This document shows positions 28,431 through 38,794 of a stretch of DNA of 64,000 nucleotides, in pieces. The position numbers and the translations under genes are program-made. Origin of the DNA: an uncultured Gammaproteobacteria bacterium (GTDB lineage Bacteria > Pseudomonadota > Gammaproteobacteria > JBBQDK01); contig CAVZVG010000003.1 of the NCBI GenBank assembly GCA_963778665.1, positions 128,813-192,812 of the forward strand, given 5' to 3'. How positions within the stretch are numbered: the first letter of the stretch is position 1; every line of letters begins with the position of its first letter. The notes below the pieces were generated by a model that searched no databases, was not told the DNA's origin, and worked only from the letters and a program-made list of their open reading frames with translations.

Positions 28431-31400
28431 GTGCCGGTGACAAGGAACCGGGCAACGGGTTCACCGATCGTTTCAATCTTTCCGCCCTGGCACTGCGCCA
28501 TCGGCAACTGACGCTGTTCTTCTTCCTGCTCATCGCCATCGGCGGCACGCTCGCCTATTTCCAGCTCGGTCAGCGCGAAGACCCGGACTTCACCATCCGT
28601 TACATGGTGATCCGCACGCTCTGGCCGGGCGCCAGTGCCGTACAGGTCGATCGCGAAGTCACCGATCGTCTGGAGCGCAAGCTGGAAGAGACGCCTTACT
28701 TCTACATCACCACCAGTTATTCCAAGCGCGGCGAATCGCTGATCATCCTGCAGGTCAAGGAGAGCGCGCCTCCCAAGGCGGTTGCCGACGCCTGGTATCA
28801 GGTGCGCAAACATATCGGCGATATCCGCAACACGCTGCCGCCCGAAGTCATCGGGCCGTTCTTCAATGACGAATTCGGCGATGTGTTCGGCTCTATCTAC
28901 GCCTTCACCGCCGACGGCTTCACGCAAAGCGAACTGCGCGACTATGTCGAAACCGTGCGCCAGCGGCTGATCACGCTGCCGAACGTGGCCAAGATCGAAC
29001 TGGTCGGCGTGCGGCCCGACAAGGTGTACATCGAAGTGTCGGACAAGAAGCTCGCGCAGCTCGGCATCGGCATCCCCGACATCGCCGCGGCCTTGCAGGG
29101 ACAGAACGCCATGCAGAGCGCCGGCACGCTGACGACGTCCGTGTTCAGCGTGCCGGTGCAGGTCACGGGCCAATACACCTCGATCGCGGCCATCGCGGCG
29201 ACACCGCTGCGCGCCAACGGCAGAACCCTCAAGATCGGCGACATCGCCCGCGTCTATCGCGGCTACACCGATCCGCCCGAACAGATCATGCGTTATCGCG
29301 GCAAGGAGGCCATCGGTCTCGCCGTGTCCATGGTCAAGGACGGCGACGTGCTCAAGCTCGGCGAAGACCTCAAGCGCAGCATGCAGGCGATCAAGGCCGA
29401 GCTGCCGCTCGGCGTCGAATTCGCGCAGGTCTCCGATCAGCCGCAGGTGGTGAAGCAGTCGGTCTCGGAGTTCATGACCGCCCTCGGCGAGGCGGTGGCC
29501 ATCGTGCTGCTGGTGAGCTTCGTCGCGCTGCGGTTGCGCGCCGGCCTGGTGGTGGCGGTGACCATTCCGTTCGTGCTGGCCGCGACCTTCCTGCTCATGC
29601 TGTATTTCAAGATCGACCTGCACCGCATCTCCACCGGCGCGCTGATCATCGCCCTCGGTCTGCTGGTCGACGACGCCATGATCGCCATCGAAATGATGGC
29701 GCGCAAACTGGAGGAGGGCTACGACCGCTTCGCCGCCGCGACCTTCGCCTTCAAATCGACGTCGATGCCGATGCTCACCGGCACCCTGATCACCGTCGCC
29801 GGCTTCCTGCCGATCGCCACGGCGAAATCCGCCACCGGCGAATACACCTTCGCCATTTTCGCTGTGGTCGCCATCGCGCTGTTGTCGTCCTGGGTGGCCG
29901 CCGTGACCATCACGCCGTTTCTCGGCTACAGCTTTCTCAAGGAGCACAAAGGTGTCGATTCCAGTCGCGATGTGTACGACACCCGGTTCTACCAGGGTTT
30001 CCGCGCGCTGGTGGACCGGTGCATCGAGCACCGCAAGCTCGTGATCGGCGTGACGCTGGCGGCCTTTCTGCTCGGCGGCTTCGGCATGAGTCTTACCGAG
30101 AAGCAGTTCTTTCCCTCGTCGAACCGCATCGAGCTGATGGTCGAACTGTGGTTGCCGGAAGGCTCCAGTCTCGCCGCCACGGAAACGCAGGTGAAACGGC
30201 TGGAAGGCATTCTGGAAAAAGACCCGGACATCGCCACCTACGTGAGCTATGTCGGCAACGGTTCGCCGCGTTTCTTTCTGTCCATGGACCAGAAACTGTA
30301 TCGGACCAATTTCGACCAGACCATCGTGCTGACCAAGAACCTCGCCGCGCGCGAGCGGGTGGTGCAGGTGCTGCGCAAGGCGCTGGCCAGCGAGTTCCCC
30401 GGCATCCGCGGCCGGGTGGAACGCGTGCCGCTCGGCCCGCCGGTGAACTATCCCGTGCAGTTCCGCGTCACCGGTCCGAAGATACAGCCGCTCAAGGCCA
30501 TCGCGGATCAGGTCGCCGCCGTGATGCGCAAGGATCCGCATACCCTCGACGTCAATGTCGACTGGGGCGAGCGCGTGCCGGCGCTGCACGTGCAGATCGA
30601 TCAGGACAAGGCGCGCGCGCTCGGCGTCACCACGCAAAGCGTTTCGCAGGCCCTGCAAGGTGTGTTGTCCGGACTGACCGTCGGACAGTATCGCGACAAT
30701 GACCGGCTGATCGATATCGACGTGCGCGGCGTTCCGTCCGAACGCCACGACCTGTCCGCGCTCGGCGAGATCAACGTCCCTACCGCCAGCGGACAGTACG
30801 TGCCGTTGGCGCAGATCGGCAAGGTCGAACAGGTGTTCGAAGAACCGATCATCTGGCGGCGCAGCCGCGAACTCACCGTGACCGCGCGCTGCGACATCGT
30901 CGACGGCGTGCAGGCGCCCGATGTGTCCATGGCGATCAATCCGCATCTCGACGCGATCCGCGCCAAACTGCCGCCCGGTTATCGCATCGACGTCGGCGGC
31001 GCCTGGGAAGAAAACTCCAAGGCGCAGGTCTCGATCAACAGCGGCTACCCGCTGATGATCGCGCTGACACTGACCCTGCTCATGCTGCAACTGCAGAAAT
31101 TCTCGCTGACCTTCATGGTGGCGCTCACCGCGCCGCTCGGCATCGTCGGCGTGGCGCTGGCACTGCTGCTGTTCCACCAGCCCTTCGGCTTCGTCGCGCT
31201 GCTCGGCACCATCGCGCTGTCCGGCATGATCATGCGCAACTCCGTGATCCTCATCGATCAGATCCAGCAGGACATCAAGGCCGGCCACCCGCTGTGGATC
31301 GCCATCCGCGAATCCGCCGTACGCCGCCTGCGCCCCATCCTGCTCACCGCCGCCGCCGCGATCCTCGCCATGATCCCGCTCACCCAGAGCGTCCTCTGGG

Positions 31401-31510
31401 CACCGATGGCCTTCGCCATCATGGGTGGATTGTTCATCGCCACCGTACAGACACTGCTGTTCGTACCGGCCTTGTATGCGGCGTGGTATCGGGCGAAGCG
31501 GCCGGGGTGA
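28427..31510 (+). CDS. RND efflux permease (AcrB/HAE1-like, 12 TM)
   Basis: 1027 aa. Typical RND topology with two large periplasmic loops. Confidence 0.9.
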   Translation: MSAGDKEPGNGFTDRFNLSALALRHRQLTLFFFLLIAIGGTLAYFQLGQREDPDFTIRYMVIRTLWPGASAVQVDREVTDRLERKLEETPYFYITTSYSKRGESLIILQVKESAPPKAVADAWYQVRKHIGDIRNTLPPEVIGPFFNDEFGDVFGSIYAFTADGFTQSELRDYVETVRQRLITLPNVAKIELVGVRPDKVYIEVSDKKLAQLGIGIPDIAAALQGQNAMQSAGTLTTSVFSVPVQVTGQYTSIAAIAATPLRANGRTLKIGDIARVYRGYTDPPEQIMRYRGKEAIGLAVSMVKDGDVLKLGEDLKRSMQAIKAELPLGVEFAQVSDQPQVVKQSVSEFMTALGEAVAIVLLVSFVALRLRAGLVVAVTIPFVLAATFLLMLYFKIDLHRISTGALIIALGLLVDDAMIAIEMMARKLEEGYDRFAAATFAFKSTSMPMLTGTLITVAGFLPIATAKSATGEYTFAIFAVVAIALLSSWVAAVTITPFLGYSFLKEHKGVDSSRDVYDTRFYQGFRALVDRCIEHRKLVIGVTLAAFLLGGFGMSLTEKQFFPSSNRIELMVELWLPEGSSLAATETQVKRLEGILEKDPDIATYVSYVGNGSPRFFLSMDQKLYRTNFDQTIVLTKNLAARERVVQVLRKALASEFPGIRGRVERVPLGPPVNYPVQFRVTGPKIQPLKAIADQVAAVMRKDPHTLDVNVDWGERVPALHVQIDQDKARALGVTTQSVSQALQGVLSGLTVGQYRDNDRLIDIDVRGVPSERHDLSALGEINVPTASGQYVPLAQIGKVEQVFEEPIIWRRSRELTVTARCDIVDGVQAPDVSMAINPHLDAIRAKLPPGYRIDVGGAWEENSKAQVSINSGYPLMIALTLTLLMLQLQKFSLTFMVALTAPLGIVGVALALLLFHQPFGFVALLGTIALSGMIMRNSVILIDQIQQDIKAGHPLWIAIRESAVRRLRPILLTAAAAILAMIPLTQSVLWAPMAFAIMGGLFIATVQTLLFVPALYAAWYRAKRPG

Positions 31511-31871
31511 TATGAGTGCTGTAGATCGGGAGACTTTTGTAAAGAGAAAAATATTTTCTCTATTAAGAGAGCGCTCGCAATCGGCGTGATCGGCTTGACA
31601 TTACCGGGTTCCGGAATTTAAATGGGGCCAAGACGAGCGGTGTGGGAATGGAAGTAGATCGCTCTCAATAAAAATCAACAGGGAATACCATGGAGAGGAC
31701 ACAACTCAATCGCCTCCGTGTACCTCACGCTACCGGCTTTGCGCTGGCAACCGTCCCTGTTCGTTCCAATCAGCCTTCCAAGGCTACGCGCGCAGTGAAT
31801 TTACGTGGTGAATCGGTTGGTATTCTGGGCGCGATATATATTGCGATACGGCATCAGGCTCGTGGCTTTCG

Positions 31872-32414
31872 GTGGCGTTTATAGCGCAAAAGATATTTGT
31901 TTTGTGTCTGCGACACATTACTACAATCTTGTGTGAGTTTTCCGTCCTAATTGTAGTGCTCGTAGTATGCTGTCAGCCCTTGGCAAAGGCATCCGTCAGT
32001 TTGCCACCCATTCTAACCCCTACGTATCTGTACAATACTTCATGGGATAGCGGCGTTCCCCTTCGCACGTACTCATCGTTTGATGAGATGAGTCAACGAA
32101 TTATACAGTCTCTCTTAAATTCTGACCCGATCCTCTTCGCGGGAAGCTATTGGATTCAAGGGTCGAATCTCTTGATCCGCAGCCCTAACTACGGGAGCGG
32201 AGCAACGTTTGATTGGCCCGGGTATTATGCCTGTAGTGATCCGTATGGAACCGTTACTGGAGTGCCGGTAGATTATACAAATCAAGACACTCCTTACCTT
32301 TGTGCCTCATGCGCTCCCGGGGCCTTTTTATATGGACCTGATACGAACTATCAGTGCATGGGTTACTACATCGAATCTCAACGTTTCAATCCAATTAATA
32401 ATGGAGGAAACTAA
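31872..32414 (+). CDS. hypothetical protein encoded in low-GC (~45%) DNA immediately upstream of Rhs
   Basis: 180-aa ORF in AT-richer DNA, where long random ORFs are unlikely. Hydrophobic N-terminal segment; 6 Cys in the C-terminal half. No family recognised. Confidence 0.3.
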   Translation: MAFIAQKIFVLCLRHITTILCEFSVLIVVLVVCCQPLAKASVSLPPILTPTYLYNTSWDSGVPLRTYSSFDEMSQRIIQSLLNSDPILFAGSYWIQGSNLLIRSPNYGSGATFDWPGYYACSDPYGTVTGVPVDYTNQDTPYLCASCAPGAFLYGPDTNYQCMGYYIESQRFNPINNGGN

Positions 32415-35400
32415 ATATTGTCCGGCAATTGTTGGAGACCCCATCAGTCTCACAACTGGCAACAAGTTCCAAGTAGAGGACGTAGTGATCGGCAACACTC
32501 CGAGTGGTCTCTCATTCGCTAGCTACTATAACAGCCAAGCAGAAACTGCAGGCTCTCTGGGTGTTAACTGGCAACATACCTACGGCAGCGTGCTGCAATT
32601 TGACAGTGCGTCGTCAGGCCCTCCCCCACAGAATCCGTACATTCCGCAGCGGAGCAATATCTACTCCTCACCTCAGGGTGCCTGCGATCAGGCTGGAATG
32701 ATATCAAAGGCAACATTGCAGAGCCGTGGGTCAGCACCGCTGTTACTCTATACACAAATAATCGCTGTGAGATATACAGCAACGGCAGGTTGGTGTTGCT
32801 CTTGCCTATTTATTATCTGGGCGGTACGATTTTTTCTGGGGGCGGACTTATTTCGTCAACACTTCCAACACATACCGTCACAGTCATTCGCCCTGATGGC
32901 AAACAGATCCAATTCAGCAAGATCAGCGGTGTCTGGCAGAACCAGTCCTATATTGCCGAGCACTTGACCGAGACTGACGATAGCAATGGCAATACCACCG
33001 GCTACACCTACACAACTGCCGATGACAACACCGAAAATTACGACGCTACCGGCAGGCTCCAGTCCATCACCGACATCGCGGTAACACGCAGAACACTCAG
33101 TTACGATCGCCAGGGCGTCTTTCCACCGTCATACCAATACTGCCGAGTCGCTGACGTTCAGTTACGATATCAGCAACCGCATCAGCACGATAACCGATCA
33201 AGGCGGCCGGTCTGGCTGTACGGCTACGACGCCAACAACAATCTCGCCTCGGTCACCTATCCGGACGCTACGATCGCCGACAACACCGACAATCCGGAGC
33301 GCGTCTATCTCTACGAGAACACCAGCTTCCCACACGCACTGACTAGCATCACCGATTGCGCGCACGTATCGAGCTGCAGCACCTCCGCCGTGAACCACTA
33401 CGCCAACTTCGAGTACGACGCGCAACGGCCGCGCCACCGCGAGCTATCTCGGTCCAGCAGACATCGGTGACTGACCGACCGCATCGAAGGCGTCTCCATC
33501 GTCTACAACAGCGACTTCATGCGCACCGTCACCAACAGTCGAGGCAAGGTCAGCACCTACAGCACCACCACGCAACTCGGCGTGGCGCTGGTCACCGGTA
33601 TCACCGGTCCGGGGTGTTCCTCGTGCGGCGGCAAGCAATGCAAGCACCAGTATGACGGCAGCAACAACCTCACCAGCAAAACCGATAACAACGGCCACGT
33701 CACCCATTACGGCAACTACGATGCCAACGGCAACCCGGGCTGCGTGGTCGAAGGCATGACGACGGCGGATGCCAGCACCGGCGTGTGCAGCTTCGATCCC
33801 GCCGCCTCGCCCGATGCACGCCGCATCGATTACACCTACGACCCACGCTTCCACAGCAAGGTCGCGACGATCAGCGAACCGTCGGTGTACGCAGGGCACA
33901 ACAAGCTCACCACCAACAGCTACGACGACTACGGCAACCTGACCCAGGTCACGATCAGCGGCTATACACCCGACGGCACTCCCGTCACGCGCACCACGGG
34001 CGGCACCTACGCCGGTCCCTTGCATCAGCTCTCACTGATCGACGGCCCGCGCACCGATGTGCAGGATCTCACGACACTGGCCTATTACCCCGACGATCCG
34101 ACGCAAGGCAGCAACCGCGCCCGCCTGCTGAGCGTCACCGACGCCATGGGTATCGCGTTGCGGTCCAACATCCAGTACTCCGCCACCGGCAAGGTGCTGT
34201 CCGAGTCGCGTCCCAACGGTGTCTCTCTGACCTACACCTATTACCCCGGCAACGACCGCCTGCACACATTGACCGAGACCGGCGGCGGCACCAGCCGCGT
34301 GCTGAGCTGGACCTATCTGCCGACCGGCGAGGTGCAGTCCATCACCACCGCGAGCGGCACCGCCGCCGCCACGACCTTGACCCTCGGTTATGACGCCGGC
34401 CGTCGCCTCACCCGCATCACCGACGGCCTCGGCAATTACATCGAGTACACGCTCGACACCGAAGACAACCGTATCGGCGAGAACACCTACGACAGCAACG
34501 GCGCCCTCAAGAAAGCCATCACCCAGACCTTCGACGACTACAACCATCTGAGCAGCCGCAGTCAGGCCAATGAGACCCTCACCACCCACGTCGCGCCGGA
34601 CGGCACCCTCAGCAACACGGTCGATGGCAACAGCAGCACGACAAGTTATGGCTACGACGCCCTGAAGCGCCTGATCAGCACCACCCAGGACCTGGGCGGC
34701 AGTGATCCCACCACCCAGAACGCACTGACCCAGTACGCCTATGACAGTCACGACGACCTCATCCGGGTCATCGATCCCGACAACCATGCCACCAACTATA
34801 GCTACGACGATCTTGGCGACCTGATCAGCACCACCAGTCCGGACACCGGCACCACCACCAATACCTATGACGCCGCCGGCAACCTCAAGACCCGCAGCGA
34901 TGCCAACGGCAGTTCGTTCAGCTACAGCTACGACGCCGACAACCGCCTCACGCTCGTCGACGCCCCCGGCAGCAACGATGACATCACCTACACCTACGAC
35001 ACCTGCACCGACGGCGCCGGCCGGTTGTGCAAGGTCAGCACGCCCGGCAACAGCGTGTTCTACACCTACACCGCCTTCGGCGAGATCGCCGGCAGCGAGG
35101 GGCTGTATTACAGCTACGATGCCGCCGGCCGGGTGCAGACCATGACCTATCCTTCCGGCGCCGTGGTGACCTACGGCTACGATGCCGCCGGTGGGATCAC
35201 CAGCGTGCAGCTCAACCGCAACGGCACGATCACCAACCTCGCCAGCGGCATCGTGCACGCGCCGTTCGGTCCGGTGACGGCGCTGAGCTACGGCAATGGC
35301 AAGACGCTGACGCAGACACTCGACAGCGCCTATCGGCTGCAAGCACAGACCGTCCCCGCCGCCCTCGATCTGAGTTATCCGCAGTACGATGCCAACGGCA

Positions 35401-37094
35401 ACCTCATGCAGCGCGGCGACAGCTTCGCCACGCCCGCGACCAGCGGCTTTGGCTACGACGCCCTGAACCGCCTCAACACCGCCACCGGTCCGTTCGGCAG
35501 CCGCAGCTACAGCGACGACAAGAACGGCAACCGCACCCAGCTCGCCGATGGCACGACGACCGACTACAGCTACGAGTCCGGCAGCAACCGCTTGCATACG
35601 ATCGGCACGGCCGACGTGCTGAACGACGCCAACGGCAACATGCTCGGCAACGGTGTCTGGAGCTATGCCTACAACACCCACAACCGAATGACGCAGGCCA
35701 AGCAGAGCGGTACGGTGATCGGCAGCTATAGCTACAACGGCCTGGGCCAGCGCGTCGTCAAGACGCTCGCCAACGGCAAGGGCCGGGTGTTCCTGTACGG
35801 CACCCACGGCGAACTGCTGGCCGAGGCCGATCAGGGCGGCACCGTCCTCAGCGAATACATCTACCTCGACGGCACGCTGCTCGCGATCAACCAGCCCGAC
35901 GACAACAATAACGGCCAGACCAATGCCCAGGAAGATGTCGCCGGCACCAACCCGGTCAGTGCCGACTATGACGTCGACGGCCTCAGCAACCTCACCGAGT
36001 GGTTCGTGACCGGCACCAATGCGCGCCAACACCGATACCGACGGCGACGGCATCAGCGACAGCGTGGAAGATCGCCAAAGGCACCGACCCGCTGAACGGC
36101 AGCGCCTATCCCGGCGACGGCGACCTCAACCAGGACGGCCAGATCAACGCCGGCGATCTGGTACTGGAATCGCAGATCGCCCTCGGCACCCGCACCCCGA
36201 CCGCCACGCAACTCACCCACGGCGACATGAACCAGGACGGCGATCATCGACGTGCGCGATATGCTGAAGCTGGAAAGAAAGATACTGGGGCTGGCGTTCA
36301 ACAGCCTCACCACGCTGCCCGGGTATCAGACGCTGGTCGCCAGCCTCGATCGGGCCAAAGACACACTCCACAGCACGGCACACCAACTCCTCGCGAGCCT
36401 GATCAGCGAGGCCGATGCCGCGACACCGGGCGGGAAGATCTTTTATGTGCACACTGATCAGGTCGGGACACCGCAGGTGCTGACCGACGAGACCGGTGCC
36501 GTCGTCTGGCGGGCGAGTTATGATCCGTACGGGATGGCGACGGTGACACTGGCGACGGGCAATCCCATTCCGGAGATGGATATCAGGATGCCGGGGCAGT
36601 ACTTCGATCAGGAGACTGGGCTGCATTACAACTACTATCGGGATTATGATCCGAAGAGCGGTAGATACCCGGAAGTAGACGCCATTGGTTTAGCAGGTGG
36701 GACGAATCCCTACGTGTACGGGTATAACAACCCACTGAGATATACAGACCCGTCAGGACTGAAACCCATTCCATGTCCCCCAGGGTCTCCTGAGGGCGCC
36801 ACATGCGATGATGGAACAGATAATCAGAATTCCCCGCCTGTCTGTGTAACTGCTGAATGTGCAGCAAACATATTACCTAACCCTCCTTCTGATGCTTGCG
36901 ACATTGAGTGCGGGTTTGCCTCTGATGCGTGGTCATCTAGGCAAATGGTTTGCACTCCAATCGGCGGTGTAGCGCGACTCTTTGGAGCACCAGGATGGGC
37001 TGTCTCAACTGGGTGCAAAATTATTGCATCGCACGAATGTAAGAAAAAGTGCGAGAAACGCAAGGAGAAGAGTGTCCCATGTACAAAAAAATAG
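32401..37094 (+). pseudogene. Rhs/YD-repeat polymorphic toxin, frameshifted in at least 5 places
   Basis: N-terminal Rhs motif CPAIVGDPISLTTGNKF...GVNWQHTYG. About 50 YD repeats. Core end IFYVHTDQVGTPQVLTDETGAVVWRASYDPYG...DPSGL at 36747-36761, then a 110-aa Cys-rich tip. Frame changes near 32800-32960, 33470-33520, 36030, 36065 and 36245. Confidence 0.7.
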
Positions 37095-37414
37095 CACTAT
37101 CAACAATTATCTTGTATCAACGATTTATATCCCCCTACAAGGGTTACTGTTGCGCGCATCGTATCGCGTATGGCGGACCGTCATGCTCGCAATATGCCGC
37201 AATAGTTATATCTGAATCTGGAGTTCTATCTTCAATTCTGAAGATTAAGTTTCGTTTGCATAAATGCAGAGCTGCCTATGCTCAATTGCTAACAGACCAT
37301 ACAAATGGCATCGGCAGTAACGGTGGTGAGACTGATGACAACCAAGCGAATGGGAAGTGTGGGCCATGTGCGAAAGACACCGCAGGGAATATATGCACAA
37401 TGCCTTGTCTGTGA
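37079..37414 (+). CDS. YidD/DUF37-like protein (membrane protein insertion efficiency factor homologue) with Cys-rich tail, in the Rhs immunity position
   Basis: ILYQRFISPYKGYCCAHRIAYGGPSCSQYA...KFRLHKC matches the YidD pattern YQRLISP...CRF.PTCS.Y...KC. Overlaps the Rhs stop by 16 nt. Low GC, like the Rhs tip. Confidence 0.55.
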   Translation: MYKKIALSTIILYQRFISPYKGYCCAHRIAYGGPSCSQYAAIVISESGVLSSILKIKFRLHKCRAAYAQLLTDHTNGIGSNGGETDDNQANGKCGPCAKDTAGNICTMPCL

Positions 37415-37481
37415 CTGCCAAAGGTGACGACTGCCAAAGGTGACAACCAAAGGTGACCAACCAAAGACTGCCAAAGGTGAC
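37413..37481. repeat. degenerate tandem array of a 16-bp unit GACTGCCAAAGGTGAC (about 4 copies)
   Basis: Two perfect units at 37413-37444, then degenerate units running into the left REP of the RAYT. Confidence 0.6.
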
Positions 37482-37483
37482 AG

Positions 37484-38283
37484 ACGAACCAAAAGGGACA
37501 GATTTATTTGAGTCCACCATGCGGCAAGCTTGAGTGGTCAAAAATCACGGAGAGGAAGACATGCCAAGGAATGGCAGAGTTGTGTTGCAAAACTACCCCC
37601 ATCACATCGTGCAACGTGGCCATAACCGGCAAGTTGTGTTTGCCGGGGAAGATGACTTCAGGTACTACCTCGACACGTTAATAAAGTGGAAAACAGAGTA
37701 TGGCGTCAAGGTCTATGGTTATTGCCTGATGACTAATCATGTTCACTTGGTGCTGGAACCGCCCGACGAGATCGCAGTGCTGGGCCGGTTGATGAAACGA
37801 CTGGCAGGGCGGCAGACCCGCTATGTGAATCGTCTGGAAGGTCGGCGCGGGACTCTTTGGGAGAGTAGATATAAATCGAGCCCAATCCAGACCGATGAGT
37901 ATTTGTTGGCATGCTGTCGTTATGTGGATCTCAATCCGGTACGAGCGCGCATGGTGGTTTCACCACAAGATTATCATTGGTCAAGCTACAGGATGAAGGT
38001 GGGATTGGACGCATCATCTTGGATAGACGAAGATCCTTGTTATTTGTCGCTTGGTCTCGTAGCCGCAACAGCGGTATGAACGTTACCAAGACTTTGTGTA
38101 TTCAGCGATAGCGGAGGGTGAATGGGAGTTGATACGACAGGCCGTTCATCGTTGCCAATTGACAGGAAACAAATACTTTATCGATGAAGTAAACGTATCA
38201 CAGGTCGGCGAATAGAGCACCGCAACCCTGGCAATCAACCGCTGGAGAAGCGCGCCAAATAAATCTGTCCCCTTTGGTTCGTC
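37484..38283 (+). mobile_element. REP-associated tyrosine transposase (RAYT, IS200/IS605-like HuH) flanked by 28-bp inverted REPs; transposase frameshifted
   Basis: Inverted repeats GACGAACCAAAAGGGACAGATTTATTTG (37484-37510) and CAAATAAATCTGTCCCCTTTGGTTCGTC (38256-38283), 1 mismatch. CDS 37561-38215 has HuH motif MTNHVHLVL and Tyr motif RYVDLNPVRARMV..WSSY. A C-terminal frame change near 38070 continues into ...EGEWELIRQAVHRCQLTGNKYFIDE. Confidence 0.65.
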
Positions 38284-38794
38284 TTGCTTGATGCAGCGAA
38301 ATTTGCCGCCGTCAATTATGCCGCATCGAGGAGCAGCATGTGAAAATGGATATTGAGATTCAGCGCACTGCAGAAGCGCTGGATGAGGGTGATCCATCGT
38401 CTGTGCATCGAACGATATTACTCGTTAGCGATCTCTAATATTCTGCTGCATGGCGCCTTAGGATTGACAAGCGCACGGCACCAGTGTTAGCGTCGCCTCC
38501 ACAAGAGATGTGCCGTCAGCGCATGTCCACAAGCAATGACTTGAATAATTCATACGCAGGGCTGCATCAATGTCTCACGGATCGATGACATTCTTCTTCT
38601 GAATCTTGCCGGATCGAGCGTGTACAGCTGTGTCGTCCGGTGATAGCGACTGTTCATAAAAGTTGTAGCGCAAGCGCTGCCCCGCAAGCTGTGCAGCGCG
38701 ATGCGTCAGCGTCGTCCGTAGGATGGACCGGCGCGCAGGGATTTCCGCACCGACGGTTTCAAAAATTACCAACTCGGCCTAAAGGGAGTTCGTC

